In this document: one piece after another, positions 1-10,106 of the stretch | How positions within the stretch are numbered: position 1 is the first letter of the stretch | Layout: every line of letters begins with the position of its first letter | Assembly: GCA_964474885.1 (NCBI GenBank) | Contig: CAYYWO010000002.1 | Location: forward strand, 96,870-160,869 | Origin: Candidatus Hadarchaeota archaeon | GTDB lineage: Archaea; Hadarchaeota; Hadarchaeia; Hadarchaeales; JAWBSP01 | DNA: 64,000 nucleotides | Direction: 5' to 3' | The notes under the pieces: generated by a model | Told to the model about the DNA's origin: nothing | The model's database searches: none | The model's input: only the letters and a program-made list of their open reading frames with translations | Program-made: the position numbers and the translations under genes

Positions 1-1
1 G

Positions 2-325
2 AAGTGCAGGCCCCCTGGGAACAGGGATCCCCTGCCCGAGGAAATAGAGGCATGCAAACCATTTTTGATAGGCCAGCTGTCCCTGATCAAACCGAGGGTG
101 GTAGTAGCCCTGGGGAGGTTCGCGGCTGGGGAGCTACTTGGGAGGAACGTGGTTATGAGCTCCGAGCACGGGAAGCTGCTGGAATGCACCTTCTACGGTG
201 TTAAGTTCAAGCTTTTCCTCACCTTTCATCCGGCCGCCGGGCTATACAGCGGTTCCACCAAGGAACTCTTGCTCAGGGATTTCGATAGTTTACGAGAGAT
301 TCTGAGGTCTGAGGGGCTCGTGTAA
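2..325 (+). CDS. udg: Uracil-DNA glycosylase family 4, 5' partial (begins before window)
   Basis: Frame from base 2 reads KCRPPGNRDP...EIEAC..., then VALGRFA and TFHPAA, which are family-4 UDG motifs. Confidence 0.9.
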   Translation, partial: KCRPPGNRDPLPEEIEACKPFLIGQLSLIKPRVVVALGRFAAGELLGRNVVMSSEHGKLLECTFYGVKFKLFLTFHPAAGLYSGSTKELLLRDFDSLREILRSEGLV

Positions 326-1597
326 AGTCACCTCCGCCCCCAGCTTCTGCAGGTGCTGGACGAAGTCTGGATAGGAAATCCTCACGCACTCTATATCCCT
401 CACCAGTGTCTTCCCCCTAGCAACGAGGCCCGCCAGTGCGAACGCCATCGCCATCCTGTGGTCACCGCGGGGATCCAGCAACGCCCCTTTGAGCTCGGGT
501 ACCCCCTGGATGATCAAACCGTCATCCGTCTCCCGTATTCTCGCCCCCATTTTCGAAAGTTCGTGACTCAGAACGGCCAACCTATCGCTCTCCTTGTACC
601 TAAGGTGCTCGACCCCGAAGATTTCCGTTCTGCCATCCGCAACACATGCGAGGACTGCCAGCACGGGCACGAGATCCGGATTGTGTGAGCAGTCGATGTC
701 AACACCCGTCAGCTGCCCCTTTTCGACCTCGACCCAGTTCTCCCCGATCCTGACCTCCGAACCCAGCTCTGAAAGGAGGTCCGCGATTCTCTTGTCACCC
801 TGTGGAAGCTGCAGGTCCAGGTTCCGGACCCTGACCCTCCCAGCCAAGGCGCCGGCCGAGAGCGGGAAGGCGGCCGAGGAAAAATCCCCTGGAACCTTGA
901 ATTTGAAGGGTAAGAGGAACTGGCCACCGGGGATATCGAATTCCGTCAGATTCGGGTTGGCCCTGATCTTCGCCCCTGACCTCCTCAGAACCTCCAAGGT
1001 CATCTCGACGTAGGGTTTGGACTTGAGCGACCCCTCGACCGTTACCCCCACATCCTTTTCCGCGTAAGGGCAGGAGATGAGAAGGGCCGAAATGAACTGT
1101 GAGCTCACGGATCCACTCAGCTCCGTTTCCCCTCCGCGTATCCCCCCACCTTTCACAACAACCGGTGGCCTATCGTTCTCACCCAAGCAGGAAACCTCCA
1201 CACCCAAATCCCGGAGTGCCTTGACGAGCGGTCCCATCGGGCGCCTGAGCAAAGAAGCATCTCCAGTCAGGGTCACGGGGGAAGGAGAGAGTGCCGACAC
1301 CGCGGTAAAAAAACGCAAAGTCGTACCCGAGTTCCCGGCATCTATTGTATCTCTCCTCGGCTTCAGTACACCTCCCGTCCCATCGATGAAGTAGGCCTCC
1401 CGGGCCCGCTCTATCTTGGCCCCCAAAATCTCGCAGGCAGTCAACGTGGCCTCCGTATCACCGGCCAGCAAAGGTTCACGCATCTCAGTCCTCCCCTCGG
1501 TCAGCATGCCGACGGTGAACACCCTGTGGGTGTAGCTTTTTGAAGGGGGGGCCCTGACGGTCCCCTCAACTCTTGAAGGTTTTACCTCGAGCAGCAT
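290..1597 (-). CDS. aroA: 3-phosphoshikimate 1-carboxyvinyltransferase (EPSP synthase)
   Basis: PPSKSYTHR, GNSGTTLRF, SSQFISALL, KESDR and DHRMAM motifs; likely ATG at 1597. Confidence 0.97.
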   Translation of the reverse strand: MLLEVKPSRVEGTVRAPPSKSYTHRVFTVGMLTEGRTEMREPLLAGDTEATLTACEILGAKIERAREAYFIDGTGGVLKPRRDTIDAGNSGTTLRFFTAVSALSPSPVTLTGDASLLRRPMGPLVKALRDLGVEVSCLGENDRPPVVVKGGGIRGGETELSGSVSSQFISALLISCPYAEKDVGVTVEGSLKSKPYVEMTLEVLRRSGAKIRANPNLTEFDIPGGQFLLPFKFKVPGDFSSAAFPLSAGALAGRVRVRNLDLQLPQGDKRIADLLSELGSEVRIGENWVEVEKGQLTGVDIDCSHNPDLVPVLAVLACVADGRTEIFGVEHLRYKESDRLAVLSHELSKMGARIRETDDGLIIQGVPELKGALLDPRGDHRMAMAFALAGLVARGKTLVRDIECVRISYPDFVQHLQKLGAEVTLHEPLRPQNLS

Positions 1598-1639
1598 CAA
1601 ATACCTCGGCTCCACTTATGATTAGAGCCCGATTCTACG

Positions 1640-2434
1640 ATGGAGAGACTGACACCGCTCGATTTCCACCAGCTGAAGGAGAAGGGGGAGAAAATCGTCA
1701 TGGTAGCGACTTACGATTCCCTGACCGCACAGCTCGTGGAGCAGAGCGAGATCGAAGGGATCCTCGTCGGAGATTCCCTGGCTAACATCATGCTGGGTTA
1801 CCAGACCACCCTCCCGGTGGATATGGAGGAGATGATACGTCATACGAGTGCCGTGGCCAGGGCCACCAGCAGATGCCTGATAGTGGGGGACATGCCGTTC
1901 ATGTCCTACCAAGTGAGCGTGGAGCAGGCCGTTCAGAACGCGGGGAGGTTCATCAAGGCAGGAGCCCAAGCCGTGAAGATGGAAGGAGGGAGGGAGATAA
2001 CGGATCACGTGAAAAAACTCGTGTCCTATGGGATCCCCGTCATGGGGCATCTGGGGCTGACCCCCCAGAAAATCTACCAACTTGGAGGATACAGGGTGGT
2101 CGGCAGGGAAAACCAAGTCGCGGAAATGCTAGTCCAGGAGTCCAAGGAGCTCGAGGAGGCCGGCATCTTCTCGCTGGTGCTGGAATGCATCCCTTGGAAG
2201 CTGGCGAAGCGCATAACTGAAGAGCTCAAAATCCCAACCATAGGGATCGGTGCCGGGCCTTACTGCGATGGGCAGGTGCTAGTTCTCCACGATCTCGTTG
2301 GCCTGACCCCCAGAGTCCCCAGGTTCGTCAAGAAATATGCGGATCTCAGGTCAGAACTCCTCAGGTGCCTGAGGGAATTTAGGGAGGAGGTTAAGGCTGG
2401 AAAGTTCCCCACGCTCGACCACAGCTACGAGTGA
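1640..2434 (+). CDS. panB: Ketopantoate hydroxymethyltransferase
   Basis: LVGDSL, VGDMPF, AVKMEGG, GHLGLTPQ, IGIGAG..CDGQVLV. Confidence 0.97.
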   Translation: MERLTPLDFHQLKEKGEKIVMVATYDSLTAQLVEQSEIEGILVGDSLANIMLGYQTTLPVDMEEMIRHTSAVARATSRCLIVGDMPFMSYQVSVEQAVQNAGRFIKAGAQAVKMEGGREITDHVKKLVSYGIPVMGHLGLTPQKIYQLGGYRVVGRENQVAEMLVQESKELEEAGIFSLVLECIPWKLAKRITEELKIPTIGIGAGPYCDGQVLVLHDLVGLTPRVPRFVKKYADLRSELLRCLREFREEVKAGKFPTLDHSYE

Positions 2435-3252
2435 CATCTCCTCCGGTAGCCCTCGACACATGCCTGCTTCATCTGCCTGACGAACGAGGAGATCCGCGGC
2501 AAAGCTCTCTCGGGTCTGTCCAGATGCTGGGAGTAGATCTCCGCTATCGCGCTCCCGACAACTACCCCATCCGCCCCTTTCTCCACGAGTAGCCTTGCCT
2601 GCTCAGGTTTCGATATCCCAAATCCTGCCATCAGGGGGAGGGAGGTTCTCGTCCTCACCCTTCTCAGCAGTTCGATCGTCCCCTTCAACGGCTCGTCTCT
2701 GACCCCTGTTACCCCCTCGAAGTTTATGACATAGAGGAAGCCCGACGCATGGGAGACTATCCTACCCAACCTCTCGTCGGAGGTCGTCGGGGCGACCTGC
2801 AGGATCAAATCGATGCCCTCCTCCCTGCTCAACCGCAGGAGCTCCCCCGCCTCCTCCAGTGGGGCATCCGGAACGAGCAGGCCATCAGCACCGCATTCCT
2901 TCACCTTCCGAACCGCCTCACGTAGCCCCATGGTGTAAAGGATGTTGTAGTACGAGTTCACTATCACTGGAACACCGACCCTCTCCTTGATTCCGGATAT
3001 CAGGGCGAGACAACTCCTCGGTGTGGTACCCCCTTGCAGGGCCCTCTCACACGCCAGCGTCAGAGTGGGGCCGTCGGCTATGGGGTCTGAAAAGGGTATC
3101 CCCAGCTCCAGCATGTCTGCACCCGCGTTGACCAGCTCCTCACAGAGAGCGAGTGAGAAGTCCTCGTTCGGATCACCACAGTAGATGTGCGGCATGAATG
3201 CCCCCTCTTTTTTCCTGCACAGCTCCTCAAACTTGAGCTCAAGAGAGCTCAT
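2425..3252 (-). CDS. trpA: Tryptophan synthase alpha
   Basis: LELGIPFSDPIADGP, GVTG, GFGIS, DGVVVGSA; operon context. Confidence 0.97.
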   Translation of the reverse strand: MSSLELKFEELCRKKEGAFMPHIYCGDPNEDFSLALCEELVNAGADMLELGIPFSDPIADGPTLTLACERALQGGTTPRSCLALISGIKERVGVPVIVNSYYNILYTMGLREAVRKVKECGADGLLVPDAPLEEAGELLRLSREEGIDLILQVAPTTSDERLGRIVSHASGFLYVINFEGVTGVRDEPLKGTIELLRRVRTRTSLPLMAGFGISKPEQARLLVEKGADGVVVGSAIAEIYSQHLDRPERALPRISSFVRQMKQACVEGYRRRCHS

Positions 3253-4414
3253 TTTCCAGCCTCTTGAGAATTACATCCAGGTCCTTGTCGCCCCTTCCGG
3301 AGTAGTTGATCACCACTATTTCATCCCGGTCGAATTCCTCGGGGTGGTTCAGCACATAAGCGATCGCGTGAGCCGTCTCCAGGGCGGGAATCAGGCCTTC
3401 CAGCTTACACGTCACCTTGACCGCTTGGAAGACCTCCTCATCAAAAGCGAAACAGGGCTTAACCCTCCCCGTTTCGACCAGGTGCGAGATCTCCGGACCC
3501 CTACCTGGATAATTCAAGCCAGCTGCACGGGTCTTGGAGGGCAAAACCTGACCGTGCCCATCCTGGAGCAGCTGCATGATCGCACCATGCAGGACCCCCG
3601 GCCTGCCCAGCGTGAAGGCGGCCGCACTGTTTTCGGCTTTCAAGCTCTCTCCACCCCCTTCCACAAAGTACAATCTCACCTGCTCGTCCTGCAGGAAGGC
3701 CCGGAAGGCCCCGATCGCATTGCTCCCACCGCTCCCGCACGCCACTATAGCGTCGGGGAGTCTCCCCTCCTTCTCCAGTATCTGCGCTCTGATTTCCCTC
3801 CCTATCACGCTCTGGAAGGTAGCCACGATCTCGGGAAAAGGATGGGGGCCAACGGTGGAACCCATGACGTAGTGCGTGTCACGAGAGCATCTTGCCCACT
3901 CCCGCAACGTATCCGAAACCGCGTCCTTCAAGAGCCCCCTGCCAAATTTAACGGGGGTGACTTTGGCTCCCAAGAGACGCATGCGCTTGACGTTGCTCGC
4001 CTGCCTCTCCATGTCACGGACTCCCATGAAGATCTCCACCTCCAGTCCCAGCACGTTGCCAGCCATTGCGACGGAAATTCCATGCTGGCCGGCTGCCGTT
4101 TCGGTTATGAGCCTTCTCTTTTTCATCCACTTCGCAAGGAGGGCCTGACCTAGAGAATTGTTCAGCTTGTGCGAGCCCCCCGTCACCTGGTCCTCTCTCT
4201 TCAGGTAGATTTTGCATCCCACCCGCTCGCTCAGCCTCCTCGCGTGGTAGAGGGGAGTCGGTCTGCCGGCATAGTCCCTCAGCAACACATTGAGCTCCCG
4301 CTGGAATTCCGGAGTTGGGTATATCCGCTGGAAAGCCTCTTCCAGCTCCAAGAGCGCGTGCATCAGCACTTCGGGTGCAAAACAGCCGCCGAAGTTCCCG
4401 TACCTGCTCTTCAT
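3239..4414 (-). CDS. trpB: Tryptophan synthase beta (TrpB1 type)
   Basis: GRPTPL, LKRED..GSHK.NN (PLP lysine), AGQHG, GGSNAIG, SGRGDKD. Confidence 0.97.
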   Translation of the reverse strand: MKSRYGNFGGCFAPEVLMHALLELEEAFQRIYPTPEFQRELNVLLRDYAGRPTPLYHARRLSERVGCKIYLKREDQVTGGSHKLNNSLGQALLAKWMKKRRLITETAAGQHGISVAMAGNVLGLEVEIFMGVRDMERQASNVKRMRLLGAKVTPVKFGRGLLKDAVSDTLREWARCSRDTHYVMGSTVGPHPFPEIVATFQSVIGREIRAQILEKEGRLPDAIVACGSGGSNAIGAFRAFLQDEQVRLYFVEGGGESLKAENSAAAFTLGRPGVLHGAIMQLLQDGHGQVLPSKTRAAGLNYPGRGPEISHLVETGRVKPCFAFDEEVFQAVKVTCKLEGLIPALETAHAIAYVLNHPEEFDRDEIVVINYSGRGDKDLDVILKRLENELS

Positions 4415-5052
4415 CCCAAACCCCTCACTGCCTCGATGAACCTCATCATCAAGTGTGGATTCTTCTTACCGGGGGAGGACTCGACCCCAGTTGCCACATC
4501 CACTCCGGCAGGTTGTACGATCCTTATGGCCTCAACCACATTTTCTGGATTCAGCCCACCAGCGAGGAGGATGGGCTTATTCAATCTCTCCCGGAGTTTC
4601 CTATCCACTTCCCAGTCGTGGGTCCTCCCGCTTCCCCCTCCCTCCTTTACTTGCGTGTCCAGCAGAATGAAGTCCGAGAATACCTCGAGCTTCCTAGCCC
4701 TCTCGAGGAGTCTTCCGAAATCTGCCTGAGCGGTGGGGACGGGGAGCACGGCTATTATCCCCGAGGATAGACTCGACTTGGCCTGTGCGATGAGCTCCAG
4801 CTTTGTGGAGGGATGGAACTGGAAGTAGTCAGGAGAAAGCTCGTCTTGGAGCTGCAAAAGCTCTCCCAGATTTCTGGGTTTACAGACAACCACCCGCTTG
4901 CATTCAACGCTGGAAAGCAGTTCCTTGGCTTGTCGTACGCTAACCCGGCGTTTCGATCCCTCGACCAAGATGGTCCCAACCATGTCTGCCCCAAGTTCGC
5001 ATGCCAGTTTTATGTCCTGAGGCTGCGTGAACCCGCAGATCTTGACTATCAT
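4411..5052 (-). CDS. trpF: Phosphoribosylanthranilate isomerase
   Basis: VKICG, GGSG..HDW, LAGGLNPENV, GVDVATGVE. Confidence 0.95.
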   Translation of the reverse strand: MIVKICGFTQPQDIKLACELGADMVGTILVEGSKRRVSVRQAKELLSSVECKRVVVCKPRNLGELLQLQDELSPDYFQFHPSTKLELIAQAKSSLSSGIIAVLPVPTAQADFGRLLERARKLEVFSDFILLDTQVKEGGGSGRTHDWEVDRKLRERLNKPILLAGGLNPENVVEAIRIVQPAGVDVATGVESSPGKKNPHLMMRFIEAVRGLG

Positions 5053-5807
5053 GCCATTGCCCCCACGAATTCCCTGACTTTCGCTTCGGGGTCCGGGGCC
5101 CTCATCAATGCCGTGCCAACGAGTATGGCATCCGCACCCGCGCGGACGACCCTCCGGGCATCCTCAGGAGTCCGTATGCCGCTCTCGCTGACCACGATGA
5201 AATCATCCGGTATCTTCGGCGCCAGCTTTTCCGTAACGGACAGGTCCACCTCCAGAGTTTCTAGGTCTCTATTGTTTATACCGATCATCTCAGCACCTGA
5301 CTCCAGTGCGAGTTCAAGTTCCTCCTCGTCGTGTACCTCCACCAGCGGCTCCAAGCCCAGCTCCAAGCTCCTTTGTACGAAGTGCTTCAGCCTTTTCCCC
5401 AGCACCTTGGCTATAAGCAGGACGGCATCTGCACCTAAATGTGCCGACTCCAGCAGTTGGTACTCGTCCACGATAAAGTCCTTGCGCAGGATCGGAACAT
5501 CTACCCTGCGGGAGACCCTGGTGATGTAGGATGCGTGCCCCGCAAAAAAATCTTCCTCCGTTAGCACGGACAGGGCTACGGCACCGCCCCTCACCATTGC
5601 CTCAGCGAGCTCCTCCACCCCCTCCGAACTCGTTAGCCGCCCCGCTGACGGGGATGCCCGCTTTATTTCCGCAACAACAGGGAGATTTTCGCATCCCATG
5701 ATTGCCGAACTGAGACTGCGGGATTCCCTCCGCACGGGTTCCAAGGGGTGCTCCGCTTTCCTCCCCTTCACCTTTTCCCGAGTCCTCGCGATTATCGTCG
5801 CTAGCAT
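5049..5807 (-). CDS. trpC: Indole-3-glycerol-phosphate synthase
   Basis: [34 protein letters not shown]. Confidence 0.97.
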   Translation of the reverse strand: MLATIIARTREKVKGRKAEHPLEPVRRESRSLSSAIMGCENLPVVAEIKRASPSAGRLTSSEGVEELAEAMVRGGAVALSVLTEEDFFAGHASYITRVSRRVDVPILRKDFIVDEYQLLESAHLGADAVLLIAKVLGKRLKHFVQRSLELGLEPLVEVHDEEELELALESGAEMIGINNRDLETLEVDLSVTEKLAPKIPDDFIVVSESGIRTPEDARRVVRAGADAILVGTALMRAPDPEAKVREFVGAMA

Positions 5808-6859
5808 GCCGCCAGTTCCATTTTTCTAAGCTGCTGGATGTCTCCCCCGGTCTCCGTCAAGAATTCCACGAGCTTTTGGTATGCCTTTCCGGAGTCTATC
5901 AGCTGGGAGGCAACCTCCAAACCCTCCTTGATGTCCTTCACAAGTCCTCCGACCTTGAGGGCCGCACCAGCGTTGAGGAGAACTATATCCCTCCTAGCTC
6001 CCCGCTCCTGTCCTCTCAGGATTCTCAGCAAGATCTTCGCGTTCTCCTCGGCGTTCCCCCCGAGGAGCTCGGAGGGTTTTGCCCGGCGTATGCCGAAGTC
6101 CTCCACCTGAACGACGTAGCTCTCCACCCTACCATTCCTCAGCTCGGAAATCTTGGTGGGACCCAGCGTTGAAATCTCATCCAAGCCGTCCAGCCCGTGT
6201 ACTACCATCGCCCTCTCACAGCCCAGTCTTTGTAGTACTTGGGCCACTTTCTCGGTGAGGGCCGCATCGTAAACCCCCAACAGCTGGGTTTTGACGAAAG
6301 CTGGATTCGTGAGGGGGCCCAGTATATTAAAAACTGTTCTCACTCCCAGCTCCCTCCGCACGGGGGTGGCATACCTCATGGCCGGATGGAACTTCGGGGC
6401 GAAAATGAATCCGAACCCAATCCTCTCTATCGATGATTTTACTTCAGCCGGTTCCAAGCTTATCCTCGCTCCAAGCACCTCCAGGACATCCGCACTCCCC
6501 GCCTTGCTCGTGACCGACCGGTTCCCGTGCTTGGCTACCGGGATGCCGGCTGCTGCCACCACAAAGGCGGCGCATGTGCTCACGTTGAACGTCTTTATCC
6601 TGTCACCCCCTGTCCCACAGGTGTCCATCATCGCCCTGTCGACCTCTGGTTCGACTCTGATGGCGAATTCCCTCATGACTTCGGCAAAAGCCGTTACTTC
6701 CTCCACGGTCTCCCCCTTCATCCGCAAGGCCACAAGAAAAGCTGCGATCTGCGTGGGTTTCGCCCTTCCCGACATCAAGTCCTTCATCGCCTCCCTAGCT
6801 TCTCCACGGGTCAGATCGGAACCGCCCAGCACTTTCGAAAGAGCTTGCTGCAGGCTCAA
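5801..6859 (-). CDS. trpD: Anthranilate phosphoribosyltransferase
   Basis: [36 protein letters not shown]. Confidence 0.97.
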   Translation of the reverse strand: MSLQQALSKVLGGSDLTRGEAREAMKDLMSGRAKPTQIAAFLVALRMKGETVEEVTAFAEVMREFAIRVEPEVDRAMMDTCGTGGDRIKTFNVSTCAAFVVAAAGIPVAKHGNRSVTSKAGSADVLEVLGARISLEPAEVKSSIERIGFGFIFAPKFHPAMRYATPVRRELGVRTVFNILGPLTNPAFVKTQLLGVYDAALTEKVAQVLQRLGCERAMVVHGLDGLDEISTLGPTKISELRNGRVESYVVQVEDFGIRRAKPSELLGGNAEENAKILLRILRGQERGARRDIVLLNAGAALKVGGLVKDIKEGLEVASQLIDSGKAYQKLVEFLTETGGDIQQLRKMELAAC

Positions 6860-7431
6860 CCCACCAACTCCAGGAAGTTTCTCACCAGTCTCTTGCCGTG
6901 CGGGGTCAGGATGGACTCCGGGTGAAACTGAACACCGTAGACGGGACGATCTCTGTACCTGATCCCCATTATTTCCCTGTCCCTATCGTCGGTCTCCGCA
7001 ATTATCTCCAGACACTTGGGCAGGCTCCGTCGATCCACGGCCAGGGAATGGTAGCGTGTAGCCTCGAAGGGATTGGGGATCCCCTGAAATATCTCCCCGC
7101 CAAAATACCTGATCCTGGAAACCTTGCCGTGCATCAGCCGTTTCGCCTGCACGACGCGGCCACCGAAGGCATATGCAATTACCTGATGTCCGAGGCACAC
7201 GCCCAGGATGGGGATGCGATCCACAAAGTATTCCACTGCACGCACCGATACACCTGCCGTCTCGGGTCTGCCCGGACCCGGGGAAATTATCATGCAGTCC
7301 GGTTCCGCTTTGACGATGGCCCGCAGGCTCGTGTCGTTCCTGAAGACCACAGGGTCTGCTCCCAGTTCCCCGACGTAATGAACTAGGTTGTAAACGAATG
7401 AATCCACGTTATCTATAACCGCCACCTTCAC
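6856..7431 (-). CDS. trpG: Anthranilate synthase component II (glutamine amidotransferase)
   Basis: IDN.DSFVYNL, ISPGPG, GVCLGHQ, QFHPES. Confidence 0.97.
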   Translation of the reverse strand: MKVAVIDNVDSFVYNLVHYVGELGADPVVFRNDTSLRAIVKAEPDCMIISPGPGRPETAGVSVRAVEYFVDRIPILGVCLGHQVIAYAFGGRVVQAKRLMHGKVSRIRYFGGEIFQGIPNPFEATRYHSLAVDRRSLPKCLEIIAETDDRDREIMGIRYRDRPVYGVQFHPESILTPHGKRLVRNFLELVG

Positions 7432-8777
7432 TGCCTCACCCCTGCTGCAACCAAGAGGGCTCTCGCTTTGTTCTGGGTCTCCAAGTACTCCTGCGAGGGA
7501 ATCGAGTCGGCCACGATCCCGGCACCCACCTGGATGTACGCCGCGTCTCTCCCTGCCACCAGCGTTCTTATCGTTATTGCAAAATCAGCATCCCCGGTGA
7601 AGCTGAAGAACCCAACCGCCCCCGCGTAGATCCCTCTGGAAGTCGGTTCGAGTTCCTCTATTATCTCCATCGCCCTCACCTTGGGGGCTCCGGTAACAGT
7701 CCCTGCTGGAAAGGTTGCCCGAAGGATATCGAAGGCGTCCGTTCCCTCCCTCACCTTTCCCACAACGTTGCTGACCAAGTGCTGCACATGGCTGTATTTC
7801 TCAACCCGCATGAATTCCGTCACCCGAACAGAACCAAACTCCGAGACCTTCCCCAGATCATTCCTGGCGAGATCTACCAGCATCACATGCTCGGCCCTTT
7901 CCTTCTCGTCATGGATCAGCTCCCGCTCCATGAGCTCCTCGTCCTTGGAGTTGAGTCCCCGTCTCCGCGTCCCCGCGATGGGTCTCGTGGTGACCTCCCT
8001 GCCCTCCTTCCTGACGAGAACCTCCGGACTTGAACCCACAACCTTCCACCCAAGAAAGTCGAGGAAAAACATGTAAGGTGATGGATTTATTCTCCTCAAC
8101 CTCTTGTAGAACATCTCGAGATCGGGGCAGGGACTGAGGCGGAAGCGCCTGGAAAGAACTACCTGAATCACCTCTCCCGCCCTTATGTAACCTTTGGCCT
8201 CCCTCACCATTTTCTCAAACTCTCCTCTGCTCATGTTGCAGGAGACCCTAGGTCGGACGTTGGCTGGGGAAGAGGATTTGTACCTTGCGAGTGCAAGAAG
8301 TGCCTTGAGTTCCGCACGTATGTCAGCTACAGCTTTCCCGCGTCCGAGTGAAAGGAACACAAAATGGGTTTTTGACATGACGTGATCCACCACAACGACC
8401 TTTGAAGGCACCATGAATTCCAAAATCGGCTGCCTGAGATCGTCCACGGTGAGTTTCCTTATGCCGTAGAGATACCTGACATAGTCGTAGCTGAGGTAAC
8501 CGACACAGGGTGTGAAGTAGGGCAGGCCACAACTTTTGATTCTATCCAAGACCGCCGATCTCTCCAAGACTCGGAGCGGGTCGGCGCCACCTGAGTTGTC
8601 TACCCTGATGTACAGGAGAGGATCGAATCCCAAAACGGAATGCCTCCCTCCCGCCACGGACGAGGCTCCCGACTCCAGCAGGAAGCATGGGGTGCCCCTA
8701 CGCCGGATCCCAAAGAACATCCTAGCCGGGTCTACCCCGGAATTCAGCTCCAGATGTGCCAGTTTGAGTTCTCCCAT
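7428..8777 (-). CDS. trpE: Anthranilate synthase component I
   Basis: NPSPYM, PIAGTRRRG, KERAEHVMLVDLARNDL, FPAGTVTGAPK. Confidence 0.96.
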   Translation of the reverse strand: MGELKLAHLELNSGVDPARMFFGIRRRGTPCFLLESGASSVAGGRHSVLGFDPLLYIRVDNSGGADPLRVLERSAVLDRIKSCGLPYFTPCVGYLSYDYVRYLYGIRKLTVDDLRQPILEFMVPSKVVVVDHVMSKTHFVFLSLGRGKAVADIRAELKALLALARYKSSSPANVRPRVSCNMSRGEFEKMVREAKGYIRAGEVIQVVLSRRFRLSPCPDLEMFYKRLRRINPSPYMFFLDFLGWKVVGSSPEVLVRKEGREVTTRPIAGTRRRGLNSKDEELMERELIHDEKERAEHVMLVDLARNDLGKVSEFGSVRVTEFMRVEKYSHVQHLVSNVVGKVREGTDAFDILRATFPAGTVTGAPKVRAMEIIEELEPTSRGIYAGAVGFFSFTGDADFAITIRTLVAGRDAAYIQVGAGIVADSIPSQEYLETQNKARALLVAAGVRQ

Positions 8778-8881
8778 CTTCTCTAACGTTAATGTTCAAT
8801 TTAATACTTTATTGCTCATTTTTGTACATCAATTAAAACAACGAATTTAAAATGAGCTGAGCAAAACCAAGGAGGTGGAAC

Positions 8882-9100
8882 ATGGCCAAGAAAAAAGCGA
8901 AGGAAAAAGTTTCCATCCCGGCCGCCACCATCGTCAGACTACTGAAAAGTGCTGGAGCTGACAGAGTGGCGGGAGATGTACCAGATGCCGTGAACAAAAT
9001 CCTGCTGGAGATAGCAAAGGCTGCCGTCCGATCCGCCAAGGCAGCCGGCAGAAAGACCGTTAGCTCCGAGGACTTCCGGCTGGTGGTGGTCTCGGGATAA
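8882..9100 (+). CDS. Archaeal histone-fold protein, atypical (Lys-rich N-tail, short alpha2)
   Basis: IPAATIVRLLKSAGADRV...AGRKTVSSEDF histone-fold signature; GGAGGTG RBS upstream. Confidence 0.9.
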   Translation: MAKKKAKEKVSIPAATIVRLLKSAGADRVAGDVPDAVNKILLEIAKAAVRSAKAAGRKTVSSEDFRLVVVSG

Positions 9101-9108
9101 AGCTGGAG

Positions 9109-9140
9109 GTTTTGGGTTTTTATTATCTTTTGTTCTTTTC
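9109..9140 (+). terminator. Oligo-T archaeal terminator after the histone gene
   Basis: gttttgggtttttattatcttttgttcttttc between convergent genes. Confidence 0.55.
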
Positions 9141-9156
9141 AGGCGCCCAGCTGGTA

Positions 9157-9564
9157 CTAGGCGCTTACTTTCACCCGCTCTATTTTCCGCCTCCCTAGGG
9201 CTTCGATGTACTCCACCTCAACCCCTTCCTTCACTTCGCCCCTGAGCTCGAGAGGAATGGGCAACTCAAAGGTCTCGTACGTCTCGAGATCCATGAGGTG
9301 CGCATTGTTCTCCACGATGGCCAAAACTTGGGCGCTTCCGCGCTTGACAATTGGGACCTCGGCCCTGGCGCTCGTTGGTTTAACTATACTCCTCTTTTGG
9401 CCGTCGAAGAGGCCTATCGCGTCTATCTTGGCCTTGGCGTGGCCGTGCTTTCCCGGTGCCGAAGTTGCAAATCCAACGATCTTGCACGGCTCCCCATCTA
9501 TTACTATGAATCTCCCCTCCCTCAGTTTCCCGATCTCCGTTACCTCAACTTCCATACCCTTCAT
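9157..9564 (-). CDS. eif5a: Translation factor aIF5A
   Basis: Hypusine motif SAPGKHGHAKA. Confidence 0.97.
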   Translation of the reverse strand: MKGMEVEVTEIGKLREGRFIVIDGEPCKIVGFATSAPGKHGHAKAKIDAIGLFDGQKRSIVKPTSARAEVPIVKRGSAQVLAIVENNAHLMDLETYETFELPIPLELRGEVKEGVEVEYIEALGRRKIERVKVSA

Positions 9565-9587
9565 AGTTCTACGGTTTAAAGAAGCAT

Positions 9588-10100
9588 ATGCGGGGGCAAG
9601 TGATGGACAAGGCTCGGAAATCCTGCCTCGTTTTGGATGCCAGTGCCTTGATCTCCTCCCCTGTTACTTTTGAGGGATACACCGTGAAGGAAATCATAGA
9701 GGAGGTCAAGAGTTTTCCCGCGAGCACCCGAGTTCTCCCACAGAAGATCCAAGTGATGGAACCTAGGCCCGAGCTGGTGAAGAAAGTTGAGAACGCAACG
9801 AAGCAAACCGGCGATCGCCTTTCAGTGGCTGACACCAAGCTTATCGCACTTGCCTTAGAACTCTCGGAGAAAGGAAAAGATCCCGTAATCACAACGGACG
9901 ATTTTTCGATACAAAATGTCGCGGCCTTCCTAGGCCTGAACTACAGACCTGTCCTGACGCAAGGGATCAAAGAGGCTATCAAGTGGATCTGGATTTGCCC
10001 CACCTGTAACAGGAGCTATCCGAGCTTCAGGGCAAGATGCGAAGTGTGTGGGGGGAAGCTCGTCAAAAGGGTGTCAAGGCGATATAAAATCGGGGGATAG
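9588..10100 (+). CDS. nob1: Nob1 rRNA-processing endonuclease (PIN + Zn ribbon)
   Basis: VLDASA, LS.AD..LIALA, TDDFSIQNVA, CPTC...CEVCG. Confidence 0.92.
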   Translation: MRGQVMDKARKSCLVLDASALISSPVTFEGYTVKEIIEEVKSFPASTRVLPQKIQVMEPRPELVKKVENATKQTGDRLSVADTKLIALALELSEKGKDPVITTDDFSIQNVAAFLGLNYRPVLTQGIKEAIKWIWICPTCNRSYPSFRARCEVCGGKLVKRVSRRYKIGG

Positions 10101-10106
10101 GTTGGG

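Noticed and set aside
3185-4153. Long antisense or alternative-frame ORFs (also 15106-16080, 26653-27525, 32344-33222 and others)
   Set aside because: Shadow ORFs of GC-rich genes that already have clear family motifs; no recognisable domains
8778-8881. Possible trp attenuator or leader peptide upstream of trpE
   Set aside because: The region is an AT-rich divergent promoter with no Trp-codon leader ORF or alternative hairpins visible
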